In this document: piece by piece, positions 27,243 through 37,983 of the stretch
Layout of the letters: each line of letters opens with the position of its first letter
Numbering within the stretch: position 1 is the stretch's first letter
NCBI GenBank assembly: GCA_964545365.1
Contig: CAZJFM010000005.1
Location: forward strand, 12,462-72,089
Length of the DNA stretch: 59,628 nucleotides
Direction: 5' to 3'
DNA from: an uncultured Candidatus Competibacteraceae bacterium
Lineage (GTDB): Bacteria > Bacteroidota > Bacteroidia > CAIKAF01
Made by a program: the position numbers and the translations under genes
Notes under the pieces: generated by a model
Told to the model about the DNA's origin: nothing
What the model saw: only the letters and a program-made list of their open reading frames with translations
Databases searched by the model: none

Positions 27243-27275
27243 CCCCTCCCTTAGAAGAAACAAGCAATTATTACC

Positions 27276-27512
27276 ATGGCGCGCGTTTGTCAAATTACAG
27301 GAAAAAAGACCATCACAGGAAACAATGTTTCCCACTCCAACCGAAAAACCCGCAGGGTATTTCGCCCCAACCTGTTCAAAAAGAAATTCTATTTGCCCGA
27401 AGAGGACCGTTGGATAGTACTCAAGGTATCCGCCAAAGGTCTGCGCATCATCAATAAAGTGGGCATTCAAGAAGCTATGAAAAGAGCCAAAGTGAAAGGT
27501 TACTTGGATTAA
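27276..27512 (+). CDS. rpmB: 50S ribosomal protein L28
   Basis: MARVCQITGK---GNNVSHS--KTRR-F-PNL. Confidence 0.98.
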   Translation: MARVCQITGKKTITGNNVSHSNRKTRRVFRPNLFKKKFYLPEEDRWIVLKVSAKGLRIINKVGIQEAMKRAKVKGYLD

Positions 27513-27534
27513 TTCTTGCTAAATATCTATTTGT

Positions 27535-27564
27535 AAAGCCGTTTGTTTCAAACGGCTTTTTTTA
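27535..27564 (+). terminator. Intrinsic terminator after rpmB
   Basis: AAAGCCGTTTG-TTT-CAAACGGCTTT followed by a T-run. Confidence 0.85.
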
Positions 27565-27574
27565 TTTTCACTAC

Positions 27575-29242
27575 ATGAAACAGGCAGTACTCCTACTCAG
27601 CATGTTCCTTTTCTCCCTCTCTAATGCTCAGGCTCAAGGGAAAAAAGGCCCCCTATTTTCACGCGCCGACACCCTCAAGGGCTGGAACGCAAGCCCCAGA
27701 AGTTGTTACAATGTCCGGCATTACTTCCTGGATTTTGAGGTCCACATGAACCGTAAATTCATTGAGGGTACCAATACCATGGAATTTGTAATGGTAGAAA
27801 ACGCCAAAGTTTTGCAAATTGACCTTGGCCAAGGCATGGGGCTTATCAACGTAGATTGGAACGGGAAAAAAGTACCTGTAAAACGAGAGGAAGGAGCCTA
27901 TTTCCTATATTTCCCAGACACCCTTTACGAAAGCACCAGACACACCATAAAACTTAAATTCGCCGGACACCCTGCCATGGCCAAAGATGCCCCCTGGGAC
28001 GGAGGCTTTGTCTGGGAAAACGACGCCAATGGGAATCCTTGGGTGGGCGTAGCCAATCAAAAAGAAGGCGCCTCCCTCTGGTGGCCTTGCAAAGACCAAT
28101 GGCTCGATGAACCCGACTCCATTACTGTAAGAATTACCGTACCAACAGGCCTTACTGCCGTATCTAACGGGCGTTTAAGAAAGCAAGATGCCATTAACGG
28201 AAAATCCCGCTTCGAATGGTTCGTATCCAAACCTATTAATCATTACAATGTAACCCTATACATAGGCAAGTTTGCACATTTCTCTGACATTTATCCCGGA
28301 GCAGGAAGGCCGCTGGACTTGGACTATTATGTGTTGGAATACAACGAAAGAAAAGCCAAAAAGCACTTTGAGCAAGTAAAGGGCATGTTTTCTTGCTACG
28401 ACCAGTTTCTTGGTCCATACCCCTTTTATGAAGATGGCTACAAACTAGTGGAAGCCCCCTATTTAGGCATGGAGCACCAATCTGCCATTGCTTACGGCAA
28501 CGATTACCTTATTGGTTATGCCGGGTACGATGCCACCGAACTCGGCCTTGAATTCGACTTTATCATTATTCACGAAACGGCCCACGAGTATTGGGGAAAC
28601 AGCGTAAGCGGCGCCGACCCCGCCGATATGTGGATTCACGAAGCCTTTGCTACCTACATGGAAGCCATGTATGTCGAGTGCAAATATGGCAAAGACATTG
28701 CCTACGAATACATCGATACCTGGAGGGGAAGAATCAAAAACGACAAACCCATGATGGGCAAACGCGGCTTAAACGACCACCCTTCTACCGATGTATACTA
28801 CAAAGGAGCCTTTATGCTCCACACCCTAAGAAACCTCATCCAAGACGAACCTAAATGGATTGGCCTACTCCAAGCCATCCAAACCGAATTCAAACACCAA
28901 ACCGTTACTACCGAGGAGTTTGTAGACTTTATTGGCAAGTACCTGCACCAAGATTACAGCTGGTTCTTTTACCAATACCTAAAAATTAGCGGAGTGCCCG
29001 TTTTTGTATACAGTTACGACAACGATGCAGCCGGCGGTCCTGTGGTTCGTTTTCGTTGGGAAAACGTAATGAAGGATTTTAAAATGCCCGTTTTTGTAAA
29101 TGTAAACAGTGAAGGCTGGATAAAACTCGAACCCACCGCCGAATGGAAAGAATACAAACCCGAGGTCCGAAAAGTAGATTATCTGGATTTGGACGAATTC
29201 AGTGGATATTTTGTGATTCGCAACGCTTCGTCTAAATACTGA
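27575..29242 (+). CDS. M1 family aminopeptidase (secreted)
   Basis: Signal peptide; GMEHQ; HETAHEYWGN...WIHEAF (HExxH-x18-E). Confidence 0.93.
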   Translation: MKQAVLLLSMFLFSLSNAQAQGKKGPLFSRADTLKGWNASPRSCYNVRHYFLDFEVHMNRKFIEGTNTMEFVMVENAKVLQIDLGQGMGLINVDWNGKKVPVKREEGAYFLYFPDTLYESTRHTIKLKFAGHPAMAKDAPWDGGFVWENDANGNPWVGVANQKEGASLWWPCKDQWLDEPDSITVRITVPTGLTAVSNGRLRKQDAINGKSRFEWFVSKPINHYNVTLYIGKFAHFSDIYPGAGRPLDLDYYVLEYNERKAKKHFEQVKGMFSCYDQFLGPYPFYEDGYKLVEAPYLGMEHQSAIAYGNDYLIGYAGYDATELGLEFDFIIIHETAHEYWGNSVSGADPADMWIHEAFATYMEAMYVECKYGKDIAYEYIDTWRGRIKNDKPMMGKRGLNDHPSTDVYYKGAFMLHTLRNLIQDEPKWIGLLQAIQTEFKHQTVTTEEFVDFIGKYLHQDYSWFFYQYLKISGVPVFVYSYDNDAAGGPVVRFRWENVMKDFKMPVFVNVNSEGWIKLEPTAEWKEYKPEVRKVDYLDLDEFSGYFVIRNASSKY

Positions 29243-29278
29243 ACCTCCTTCCTAAAGCACTCTTTTTTTGGAAGACCT

Positions 29279-29429
29279 GCGCCAGGGGGCGGCACGGATA
29301 CCCCCAAGCCTGCAGAGGTTGGGGCGACAGGCCAGGCCGAGTGTAGCTTTGCGGAACTCCGGACTTGCCTAGACGCCCCCCTCTGAAGGCTTGGGAGTAG
29401 CAGGGAGCACCCGCCCGGGCGCCCAAAAA
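29279..29429 (-). repeat. Palindromic interspersed element, copy 5 (loop type GTTCCGCAAAGCT)
   Basis: Stems 29303-29326/29374-29395. GTGTAGCTTTGCGGAAC at 29341-29357 is identical to 40627-40643. End GCGCCAGGGGGCGGCACGGATA matches copy 10 at 19/22. Confidence 0.85.
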
Positions 29430-29446
29430 TCAAAAAACGCTATTGC

Positions 29447-30229
29447 TTACAGGCTGTTTTTAAACAGTTGGTAGGCCGATTGAAAGGTTTCTGTACCCGA
29501 ACAGCCAAGGCTTTGGTCTAAGGAACGAATGTCCTCCACTCGGTTGCCCGGATCGGGATGGGTGCTCAAAAAAGAAGGCGTTTGGCCTGCTTGGCCCTGG
29601 GCAATCAACAGCGCAAAAAAGTCGGAGGCGCCGTCGGCTTGGTACACCGTAGGGCAAAGGTAACGGACGCTAAACTCATCGGCTTGACGCTCGTCGGAGC
29701 GGCTAAATTCCAGTCCAACGAGTCCGGCTGCTATGCCGCTTATGGCCCCTTGGTTCTCGCCCAACACCACATCCAACAAAAACTGCAAGCCATAGGCCTT
29801 AGTTAGCTGACTGGTGGAATGCCGCTTATCGGCGTGGGCCATTTCGTGACCAATGACTCCGGCCAGTTGATCCTCGCTGTCCAAAAATTTAATAAGTCCC
29901 GTGTATACAAAAATGTATCCACCCGGAGCACAAAAGGCGTTGAGGGTAGCGTCGTCTTTGAGCAAATAAATTTCCCAATCGAATGCTTGAGCATATTTCA
30001 CCTCACCGGAAGCCAAAATCCGATCGCGAATACGCTCCACATAGCTGTAGGCCGAACCGTACAGATTGGGATCCATTACCGGATATTCTTGTGGATTGGC
30101 CAACACCTCATCGCGCAATTGCCTGCCTAAGCTTATATCGTCTTGCAGGGTAAACAAATTGAACCCATCCGAACATTGCCACTGCACGGCGGTTAACACA
30201 CCTATAAGACCAAGAAAAAAGCGACGCAT
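29447..30229 (-). CDS. M48 family metalloprotease (lipoprotein)
   Basis: NAFC-PGG, GHEMAH, FSR-DE-QAD and FLSTHP motifs. Confidence 0.93.
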   Translation of the reverse strand: MRRFFLGLIGVLTAVQWQCSDGFNLFTLQDDISLGRQLRDEVLANPQEYPVMDPNLYGSAYSYVERIRDRILASGEVKYAQAFDWEIYLLKDDATLNAFCAPGGYIFVYTGLIKFLDSEDQLAGVIGHEMAHADKRHSTSQLTKAYGLQFLLDVVLGENQGAISGIAAGLVGLEFSRSDERQADEFSVRYLCPTVYQADGASDFFALLIAQGQAGQTPSFLSTHPDPGNRVEDIRSLDQSLGCSGTETFQSAYQLFKNSL

Positions 30230-30288
30230 AGGCCAAAGCATTTGGTTATTAAAAACAAAAATCCAAAAATTAGACCGAAAATTGCACT

Positions 30289-31287
30289 ATGGAGCATAAA
30301 GCATACATCACCGGGCTTGGGAAATACTTGCCGGAGGAAAAAGTAAGCAATGCAGACTTGGAAAAGCTTATGGACACTACCGATGCTTGGATTCGGGAAC
30401 GAACCGGTATTCAAGAGCGCAGATTCTTTACTCCAGGCAAGGAAAGTACAGCTACCATGGGCGCCGAAGCTGCCAAACAAGCGCTGGAACGCGCCGGCCG
30501 CCGCCCCGAAGACATAGACTTGTTGCTGTTTTCCACCTTAAGTCCGGACTATTATTTCCCGGGCTGTGGCGTTTTGTTGCAAGAGATGCTGGGACTCAAA
30601 AATATTGGCTGCATAGACCTTAGAGCACAATGCAGTGGTTTTATTTATGGCTTGTCGGTGGCTCAAGCCTACATCAAATCAGGTATGGCTAAGCGGATTC
30701 TGTTGGTATGCAGCGAAGCGCAGTCGACCTTAATGGAGTTGAGCAACCGAGGACGCAATGTGGCCGTTATTTTTGGAGACGGTGCCGGCGCAGCAGTTTT
30801 AGAAGCCTGCACGGACGACCGAGGCATAGCCGACGTACAAATCCACAGCGAAGGGCAACATGCCGAAATGCTCTACCAACCGCACCCGGGAACCCGTTTA
30901 AGGCCTAGACTTAGCAGCGAAATGCTGCAAGATGGCAGCCTTTTGCCGGTCATGAACGGCAATGCCGTATTCAAGCATGCAGTAATTCGCTTTGAAGAAG
31001 TCATCCGAGCCAACCTAAAACAGGCCGGCATTGGGCTCGAAGAGCTAAACCTTCTCATTCCACACCAAGCCAACTTAAGGATTTCAGAGTTTCTAAGGAA
31101 ACAGTTGGGACTGGCCGAAACCCAGGTATACAACAACATTCAACGGTATGGAAATACCACGGCAGCATCTATTCCCATAGCGCTCACCGAAGCTTGGGAA
31201 GAAGGACGCCTAAAGCAAGGCGATTGGATTCAAATGGCGGCCTTTGGCAGCGGATTTACTTGGGGAGGAGCCTTAATGCGGTGGTAA
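30289..31287 (+). CDS. fabH: 3-oxoacyl-ACP synthase III
   Basis: WI-ERTGI-ERR, QCSGF, HQAN-RI, GNTTAASIP and FGSGFTWG motifs. Confidence 0.95.
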   Translation: MEHKAYITGLGKYLPEEKVSNADLEKLMDTTDAWIRERTGIQERRFFTPGKESTATMGAEAAKQALERAGRRPEDIDLLLFSTLSPDYYFPGCGVLLQEMLGLKNIGCIDLRAQCSGFIYGLSVAQAYIKSGMAKRILLVCSEAQSTLMELSNRGRNVAVIFGDGAGAAVLEACTDDRGIADVQIHSEGQHAEMLYQPHPGTRLRPRLSSEMLQDGSLLPVMNGNAVFKHAVIRFEEVIRANLKQAGIGLEELNLLIPHQANLRISEFLRKQLGLAETQVYNNIQRYGNTTAASIPIALTEAWEEGRLKQGDWIQMAAFGSGFTWGGALMRW

Positions 31288-32634
31288 ACCGCCCTTGAGA
31301 AAGGTTTCCTGCATTCCTATGCCGTGTACGGACAACTCGGCCAATACAGGAGCATAGATTTCTTTATGCACAGGGATTCGAACGCCCCGCATGGCTATGG
31401 TGCCATTTAAAATATTTCGAATGGCAATACCCATAGGTAGCCCTACGGTTTTGGCCATAGCTGTAGACTGAGCATCGTCCCCTTCAACCACCAAATGGCT
31501 GCGCAACAGGCTATGTTCTCCTTCGCATTCATAATCGAAAAGATGCACCATTACTATCATATCTCGATCTTGCGGTGCCAAACTCCACTTCTTTTGCAAA
31601 ATATGTTGCAATACCATGGCCGGGGAAGCTTTACCGGAGAGCCCAACCGGCTCATCTTCGAACATGCCCAGCCACTTAAGCCTGCGCATGGGCTCGCTAT
31701 TCAAATCCAACCGCAGCATGTGCGCCAATTTAAGCTCCACGCTATCGGAGGGGCTATAATAAAGAAAGCTGTTGATAAACGCTCTGTGGGTCATCTCATC
31801 TACCCCTTCCATCAAATAGCTATCGTCGGTGGCTCCAAGTTGCACAAAAACATCCCAAGATTGACAAAATCCGGGGCGGCGTAAGGTACCACGGTACAGG
31901 GTATCCACCCCCTCCAGTCCATACATGCTTTGGTAGCGCAAAGAGTCCCTGTTTCCATAGGCTTCAAACTCACCGTAAGCACCAAGGTCAATCAATTCTG
32001 TGCGCCTAAACACCTTGTGGTAGGGAATGTATTTAAACTTGCCGCCATGCAAAAATTTCACGGCCCCACCGGAAGCGGCCAACACAATATTTCTAGGGTT
32101 CCAGGTAAATTTATATTTCCAAGGCCCTTCTTCTGACCCGGGCGCCATCAACCCTCCGGTAAAACTCTCAAAACCAATAATTTTGCCACCCTTTGCCTTG
32201 ATTTTATCCATCACCTCCATAGCCGTCATATGGTCGATTCCCGGATCTACGCCCATTTCGTTGAGCAAAAGCAAGTCCTTCGCCTCCGCTTCTTCGTGCA
32301 AGGCCTCCATCTCAGCCGACACATAGGATGCCGTGACCATATGCTTACCAAAAGCTACGCAATCACGGGCTACCTCTATGTGCATATGAGCAGGCAACAT
32401 ACTCACAATCAAGTCATGTGCTTTAATCAAAGATTGCCTCAGCGGCACGTCTTCGATAGAAAGCGCACAAGCCTCCGCAAACGGGGAACTACCCACCTTT
32501 TGTTGGGCAAGTTCGGGATCCATATCGGCCACCGTAAGCTTCCAGGATTCTATGGATGCGTGGTTTAACAGATATTCTATAAGCGTGGTAGCAGACTTTC
32601 CTGCACCAATCAGCAGTATTTTTTTTGGTTCCAT
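31273..32634 (-). CDS. Saccharopine dehydrogenase
   Basis: IGAGKS, VTASY, E-G-DPGIDH, YKFTWNP, RGTLR and AMAKTVG-P motifs. Confidence 0.93.
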   Translation of the reverse strand: MEPKKILLIGAGKSATTLIEYLLNHASIESWKLTVADMDPELAQQKVGSSPFAEACALSIEDVPLRQSLIKAHDLIVSMLPAHMHIEVARDCVAFGKHMVTASYVSAEMEALHEEAEAKDLLLLNEMGVDPGIDHMTAMEVMDKIKAKGGKIIGFESFTGGLMAPGSEEGPWKYKFTWNPRNIVLAASGGAVKFLHGGKFKYIPYHKVFRRTELIDLGAYGEFEAYGNRDSLRYQSMYGLEGVDTLYRGTLRRPGFCQSWDVFVQLGATDDSYLMEGVDEMTHRAFINSFLYYSPSDSVELKLAHMLRLDLNSEPMRRLKWLGMFEDEPVGLSGKASPAMVLQHILQKKWSLAPQDRDMIVMVHLFDYECEGEHSLLRSHLVVEGDDAQSTAMAKTVGLPMGIAIRNILNGTIAMRGVRIPVHKEIYAPVLAELSVHGIGMQETFLKGGLPPH

Positions 32635-32702
32635 ATCTCGCACTGCAAACTTAGGCAGCATTTACCAAACAAGCGCAATACCCGATAGAGGTAAAAGGAA
32701 TA

Positions 32703-32849
32703 TTTGGGGGCCAAACGGGCTCTCGCCCACCGGGCGGGCGGCCAAAGGCTGTGCGGCTAAGCCTGTGGTGGTTTGCTTAGGCTCCACCTCCTCGGCTAAG
32801 CCGCACATGCCTTTGGCCGCCCGCCGCTCCAGGGCTCCATCCCTGGCCC
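32703..32849 (+). repeat. Palindromic interspersed element, copy 6
   Basis: Ends ATTTGGG...CCCAAAT; perfect 14-bp stem 32736-32749/32809-32822 plus 9-bp stem 32750-32758/32799-32807; loop GGTTTGCTTAGGCTCCACCTCCTC. Confidence 0.85.
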
Positions 32850-32957
32850 AAATCATCTTCCAAAACATGCACGCCGTACCGAAGTTAATTTTTAGGCTTT
32901 CCCTTGCCGCTTATGCCAAATAGCCCTGTAAAAGGCCTAGTTGATGTATATTTGTAC

Positions 32958-33356
32958 ATGTTGCAATGGAAAAGAACCACAGGACTTTTGGGCGCCCTTT
33001 TAGGACTTAGCGGCATTATGCTTGGTGCTTGGGCAGCTCATGGTTTGGAACATTTGGTTTCCCCTGAAAAAGTAGACAGCTTTAAAACTGCCGTTTGGTA
33101 CCAACAATGGCATGCACTGGCACTGGTGGTGTTTGCTTTAGGCATTCCCCAAGCGCACCGACTCATTCGGTGGTCTGTGCGCTTCATGCTTTTGGGTTGG
33201 CTTTTTTTCTCTGTTTCCATTTATGCGCTGGTATTGGCTCCCGTTTGGGGAATGAATCTTAGTTTTTTAGGTCCCATAACTCCCTTGGGTGGGCTTAGTT
33301 TTATGGTGGCTTGGGGACTTTTGGCCTGGTACTTTTTTAAAGCCCGAAACGCATGA
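32958..33356 (+). CDS. DUF423 (YgdD/TMEM256) membrane protein
   Basis: GAWAAHGL, FKTAV-YQ-WHALA, FS-SIY and GPITPLGG motifs. TATATTTG 3 nt before the ATG. Confidence 0.9.
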   Translation: MLQWKRTTGLLGALLGLSGIMLGAWAAHGLEHLVSPEKVDSFKTAVWYQQWHALALVVFALGIPQAHRLIRWSVRFMLLGWLFFSVSIYALVLAPVWGMNLSFLGPITPLGGLSFMVAWGLLAWYFFKARNA

Positions 33357-34798
33357 GCAAGGCTTGGGAAGCACTCTGCGCCTATGCAGAAACCACTGCA
33401 CGCTGGAGAAATACAGCGGCATTATTGCAATGGGATCAAGAAACAGGTATGCCCTACCCCGCTGCCGGCTTGCGTGCAGAACAGTCGGCAGACCTGACGC
33501 GCCTGCTCCATCAACGCCAACACGATGGAACTTGGGAAGACTTGCTGAAAGCCGCCAAAAATGAAAGTGAAAAACTTTCGGACCGAGAGCAAAAAGCCTT
33601 GGCTTTTTGGGAAAAGGAACAAGAAAAAACCAAGCGCATACCCGAAAGTCATGTAATCGCGCTCTCTAGGCTTCAATCCAAGGCATTTTTGGCTTGGAAT
33701 AATGCCCGCGAAGGCAAAAACAAAGAAGCCTACTTAGATTGCCTTAGCGAACTGGTTGAACTAAAAAAAGAAACATGTGCCTTGTTGGGTTTTGCCGATA
33801 ATCCATACGATGGACTACTGGACCAATACGACCCAGGCTTATCGTCTGAATTGGTTGATGGGGTATTTGATCATTTAAGTAAAGAACTTCCAAAGCGTAT
33901 TCTTGCTTTGGAAAAAAATATGCCGGAAACGCCCTTTCCAATAGCGCTTTCTAAGGACGAGCAAATCGAACTTGGCCATGAGCTGTTGGAATGGATAGGC
34001 TTTGACTTATCGAGAGGGCGGCTGGATAAAGCCCCACACCCTTTTTGCTTATCTATGAGTCCCTACGATGTTAGACTCACCTACCAAATCAACGAAAAAA
34101 ATCCGGGCGTTTTTATATGGGCCATTTTGCACGAAGGCGGACACGGTCTTTATGAGCAAGGCCTGCAGGCCGAACCTGCCGGAACTCCTTTAACCACTGC
34201 AGTAAGCCTAACCATTCATGAATCCCAAAGCCGCTTTTGGGAAAACCATATGGGCAGAAATCTGGAGTTTTGGCAAGTGGTTTGCCTCGAAAAGGGCTGG
34301 CCCCCAAACTATGCCGAACACATTTGGAAGCATGCCAATAAGGTTTCCAGAAGTCAAATCCGTATTTACGCCGATGAGCTAAGCTATCATTTGCATATTT
34401 TGCTTAGATACCGCATAGAGAAAGGTCTTATAGAAGGCAGCTTGCAAGCCAAAGATGTGGAAACAGCCTGGAACGATATGGCCTTGGACTTTTTTGGCCA
34501 AGTACCGGCACAGCCGGCAGAAGGCTTTGTGCAGGATATTCATTGGGCACACGGCTCCATGGGCTATTTTCCAACCTATACTATGGGAAGTTTGTTAGCC
34601 GCCCACTTTTCAACCCAAATATTCCAAGAGGCAGACGCTATGCCCAAGCTCATTCAAAAAGCCAAAGCGCATTTTGAACAAAAGGTATTTTGTCATGGGG
34701 CTTTGCTTCGCTCCGAGGAATTGCTGCCCAATAATCCTAAAGAAATTGTGGACTGCTTTTTGCACTATATAGATTCCAAATACCAAGCTTACTTATGA
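33353..34798 (+). CDS. M32 carboxypeptidase
   Basis: LQWDQET-MP, HPF, HEGGHGLYEQG, HESQSRF, IRI-ADE and QDIHW---GYFPTY motifs. Confidence 0.95.
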   Translation: MSKAWEALCAYAETTARWRNTAALLQWDQETGMPYPAAGLRAEQSADLTRLLHQRQHDGTWEDLLKAAKNESEKLSDREQKALAFWEKEQEKTKRIPESHVIALSRLQSKAFLAWNNAREGKNKEAYLDCLSELVELKKETCALLGFADNPYDGLLDQYDPGLSSELVDGVFDHLSKELPKRILALEKNMPETPFPIALSKDEQIELGHELLEWIGFDLSRGRLDKAPHPFCLSMSPYDVRLTYQINEKNPGVFIWAILHEGGHGLYEQGLQAEPAGTPLTTAVSLTIHESQSRFWENHMGRNLEFWQVVCLEKGWPPNYAEHIWKHANKVSRSQIRIYADELSYHLHILLRYRIEKGLIEGSLQAKDVETAWNDMALDFFGQVPAQPAEGFVQDIHWAHGSMGYFPTYTMGSLLAAHFSTQIFQEADAMPKLIQKAKAHFEQKVFCHGALLRSEELLPNNPKEIVDCFLHYIDSKYQAYL

Positions 34799-35199
34799 AA
34801 TATCTAATTCCCCTGATTTACTTACTGGTTGGCTTGGGTGCATGCAAAAGCACCGGCCCAATTGAATCCTCTTCCCAATCCAAGCAAAGTACGCAGGCAG
34901 AAATAGACGCTATGCCTATGCTTGTGGTTAGCTTTTATTCCATTGCCTATGGCATTGACAGCGGAGCGCGGTCGGCCCTTGATGTCTACCTTAGCGAAAA
35001 GGGCCAAGACCTTAGCGTAGAGAAAAGACCTTGGGGCAGAGAAGGTGAAATCGATTACTGCCTTTTTGCACCTACGCTCACTGAGGCCCAAAAGTCCGAA
35101 CATATACAGGCCATTCGAGCCTTGTTAAGTACCGGAAAAAACCTACATATATACACTGACAAGGCGTGCAGGGAGCCCGGGCCTGCTTCCGATAAATAA
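34795..35199 (+). CDS. Hypothetical lipoprotein
   Basis: Lipobox LGAC; overlaps the upstream stop (ATGA). Confidence 0.75.
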   Translation: MKYLIPLIYLLVGLGACKSTGPIESSSQSKQSTQAEIDAMPMLVVSFYSIAYGIDSGARSALDVYLSEKGQDLSVEKRPWGREGEIDYCLFAPTLTEAQKSEHIQAIRALLSTGKNLHIYTDKACREPGPASDK

Positions 35200-35498
35200 C
35201 ATCTTTCTTCTTCTCATCGGGGCTTTGCCGAAGCACAACTTTGGAATATCCCTCCAAGAACATTTCCAATGGCCCTAGAACCAAGCATTCGCTTCCTTAA
35301 CTCATTTAATACAAATGAATTATAGAGAAGACGGCAAAGAATAAGCCCGCCTTAGCCCAAAAATAAGGGATGGAATAAGCCTCCAAACCTACCCAAAGAG
35401 AGGCGCAAATAAATTTTTCATTGCATGGGAAATGCCTACTTTTGATGATTCAAGACCGTATAAATCTTACACGGAATTAAACATCGAATCCCAAACTC

Positions 35499-37115
35499 AT
35501 GAGCGAGCAAGGATTTAAATCCTCCAAAAGCAGCCTTGAACAGCATGGAATTAAAGGCTATACCCAAGCATTCTGGAACCTCAGTCCTGCCGAATTGGTG
35601 GAGCACAGCCTTAACAAGGACATGGGCAAACTCTCCCATACAGGTGCCTTGGCGGTGGAAACCGGTACGTTTACCGGAAGAAGCCCAAAAGACAGGTTCA
35701 TTGTAAAAGACAAACACAGCGCAAACGAAGTTTGGTGGGGCAACCACAACCTTTCTTTTGATGAGGAAAAATTTAGTGCACTGGAAGCCAAGATAAAAGC
35801 TTATTTCGAAGGAAAAGAGGTGTATGTGCGCGACGCATTTATTTGCGCCGACCCAAGCTACAAAATGAGTGTTCGGGTAATAAACGAATACCCTTGGAGC
35901 AACATGTTTGTTTACAACATGTTTCTAAGACCCAGCACAGAAGAAATTTTGGATTTTGCCCCGGAATGGACGGTTATAAATGCCCCAGGCTTTATGGCCA
36001 ATCCAGCAGTGGACGGCACCAGGCAATCCAATTTTGCTATTCTTTCCTTTGAGCGCAAAACCATTTTGATTGGTGGCACCGGCTATACCGGAGAAATCAA
36101 AAAAGGGATTTTTAGCGCACTTAACTTTTTGCTTCCGGTACACCATGGCGTATTGCCCATGCACTGTAGTGCCAATGTGGGAAAGGAAGGCGATACCGCC
36201 TTATTCTTCGGACTTTCCGGTACCGGAAAAACAACCCTATCGGCCGATCCCAATCGAAAACTCATTGGCGATGACGAGCACGGGTGGATTGGCGATAGCG
36301 TGTTCAACTTTGAAGGAGGTTGTTATGCAAAAACCATTGACTTAACGGAAGAAAAGGAACCGGATATTTTCCGTGCCATTAAGTTTGGGGCCTTGCTAGA
36401 AAATATCGGCTTTGAAACCAATAGCCGGGTACCGGATTACAAATTCAAAGAGATTACGGAGAATACCCGAGTATCCTATCCCATAAACCATATCGACAAT
36501 ATCCAGCCCGGCTCTAATGGAGGGGCACCCAAAAACATATTTTACCTTACCTGCGACGCATACGGTATTTTGCCCCCAATTTCAAAACTCACTCCGGGGC
36601 AGGCCATGTACCATTTCATCTCGGGCTACACCGCCAAAGTTGCGGGTACCGAGGCAGGAATTACCGAACCGCAAACCACGTTTTCCGCCTGTTTTGGAGC
36701 TCCTTTTATGCCCTTGCACCCTGCACGGTACGCCGAAATGCTGGGCGCCAAAATAAAAGCACAAAACGTCAGGGTTTGGCTGATTAATACGGGTTGGTCC
36801 GGAGGCCCATACGGTGTGGGGGAGCGTATTAAGCTTAGGTACACCCGTGCCATGATTACCGCTGCCTTAGAAGGCAAGTTGGATGGAGTGGAATACCACG
36901 AGCATCCCATTTTTGGCTTAGCCATGCCCAAAAGCTGTCCCGATGTACCGGATGAAATTTTGAATCCCATAGATACTTGGGCAGACAAACATGCCTACAG
37001 AGACACCGCTCAAAAATTGGCCAATCAATTTAATGCAAACTTTGAGATGTTTGCCGAAGAAGCGGCCGAGGAGATTCGTCAAGCGGCGCCTAAAACTAAA
37101 GCTAAGGTAGAATAA
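35499..37115 (+). CDS. pckA: ATP-dependent phosphoenolpyruvate carboxykinase
   Basis: TGRSPKD, Y-GEIKK, GLSGTGKTTLS, GDDEHGW and FEGGCYAK motifs. TACTTTTG box at 35437-35444. Confidence 0.98.
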   Translation: MSEQGFKSSKSSLEQHGIKGYTQAFWNLSPAELVEHSLNKDMGKLSHTGALAVETGTFTGRSPKDRFIVKDKHSANEVWWGNHNLSFDEEKFSALEAKIKAYFEGKEVYVRDAFICADPSYKMSVRVINEYPWSNMFVYNMFLRPSTEEILDFAPEWTVINAPGFMANPAVDGTRQSNFAILSFERKTILIGGTGYTGEIKKGIFSALNFLLPVHHGVLPMHCSANVGKEGDTALFFGLSGTGKTTLSADPNRKLIGDDEHGWIGDSVFNFEGGCYAKTIDLTEEKEPDIFRAIKFGALLENIGFETNSRVPDYKFKEITENTRVSYPINHIDNIQPGSNGGAPKNIFYLTCDAYGILPPISKLTPGQAMYHFISGYTAKVAGTEAGITEPQTTFSACFGAPFMPLHPARYAEMLGAKIKAQNVRVWLINTGWSGGPYGVGERIKLRYTRAMITAALEGKLDGVEYHEHPIFGLAMPKSCPDVPDEILNPIDTWADKHAYRDTAQKLANQFNANFEMFAEEAAEEIRQAAPKTKAKVE

Positions 37116-37144
37116 GCATAAAAGGCTGCTCGGCTCCATAATTT

Positions 37145-37190
37145 AACACAGCCTTTAAGGGAAAATTCCTTGAAGGCTGTGTTTTTTTTT
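37145..37190 (+). terminator. Intrinsic terminator after pckA
   Basis: AACACAGCCTTTAAGG...CCTTGAAGGCTGTGTT followed by a T-run. Confidence 0.85.
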
Positions 37191-37213
37191 TGTTCAGCCC
37201 TACCTTAGTGGCC

Positions 37214-37975
37214 ATGAGGAAGCTTTTTATTGCAACACTTGGGTACTACTTGTTGTTGGCATGCAGCCAACCTTTGCACCTTCAAAGGCACGAGGGAGGT
37301 TTGGAGTCTTTGCAAAAGGTCAACCCTGACCCGGAAGCAGAAGCAATGATTGCCCCCTACAAAAAGGAGATTGATGCCAAAATGAAAGAACCCTTGGGCA
37401 ATGCTGCCACAGATATGCCTAAGGTGCGCGGCGAACTTGAAACCCTATTGGGAAATTTTGTAGCCGATTTGGTCTTGGAAATCGCCCGAGAAAGGCTTCC
37501 CGAACAGCCGATAGACGCCTGCTTACTTAACTCCGGAGGGCTAAGGGCGTCCATTGCTAAAGGACCCGTGCTTTTAGAAGATGTATTTAGCTTAATGCCC
37601 TTTGATAATCTGGTGGTTTTGGTACAACTTTCAGAAAAAGACATGATGCGTTTGTTCGACTACCTGGCCGAACATCCCGGCACCCCCATTTCCGGGATAC
37701 GCATGGAAATAGAAGACGGGAATCCGGACGATATGGAAATTGCCGGCATCGATTGGGAAGACGATAAAGAAGCTAGGCGGCCCTGTTGGATTGTTACCTC
37801 AGACTTTTTGGCCGGAGGTGGAGACCATATGAACTTCTTAACCGAACCTTTGGAACGCATAGAAACAGGCTGGCTGCTGCGCGACGTTATTGCAGCTTAT
37901 ATCCGCGAAAAAAATAAGCAGGGCCTAGCCGTAGAGTCGACCTTGGACGGTAGAATGCGTTACGACATTGATTAA
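37214..37975 (+). CDS. 5'-nucleotidase C-terminal domain lipoprotein
   Basis: Lipobox LLLAC; LGNFVAD, NSGGLR, MPFDN and DFLAGGGD motifs. Confidence 0.9.
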   Translation: MRKLFIATLGYYLLLACSQPLHLQRHEGGLESLQKVNPDPEAEAMIAPYKKEIDAKMKEPLGNAATDMPKVRGELETLLGNFVADLVLEIARERLPEQPIDACLLNSGGLRASIAKGPVLLEDVFSLMPFDNLVVLVQLSEKDMMRLFDYLAEHPGTPISGIRMEIEDGNPDDMEIAGIDWEDDKEARRPCWIVTSDFLAGGGDHMNFLTEPLERIETGWLLRDVIAAYIREKNKQGLAVESTLDGRMRYDID

Positions 37976-37983
37976 ACTGAGCG

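Noticed and set aside
35078-35284. 68-aa minus-strand ORF beginning MVLGPLEMF, superficially TatA-like
   Set aside because: No hydrophobic TM helix, and it overlaps the lipoprotein gene end.
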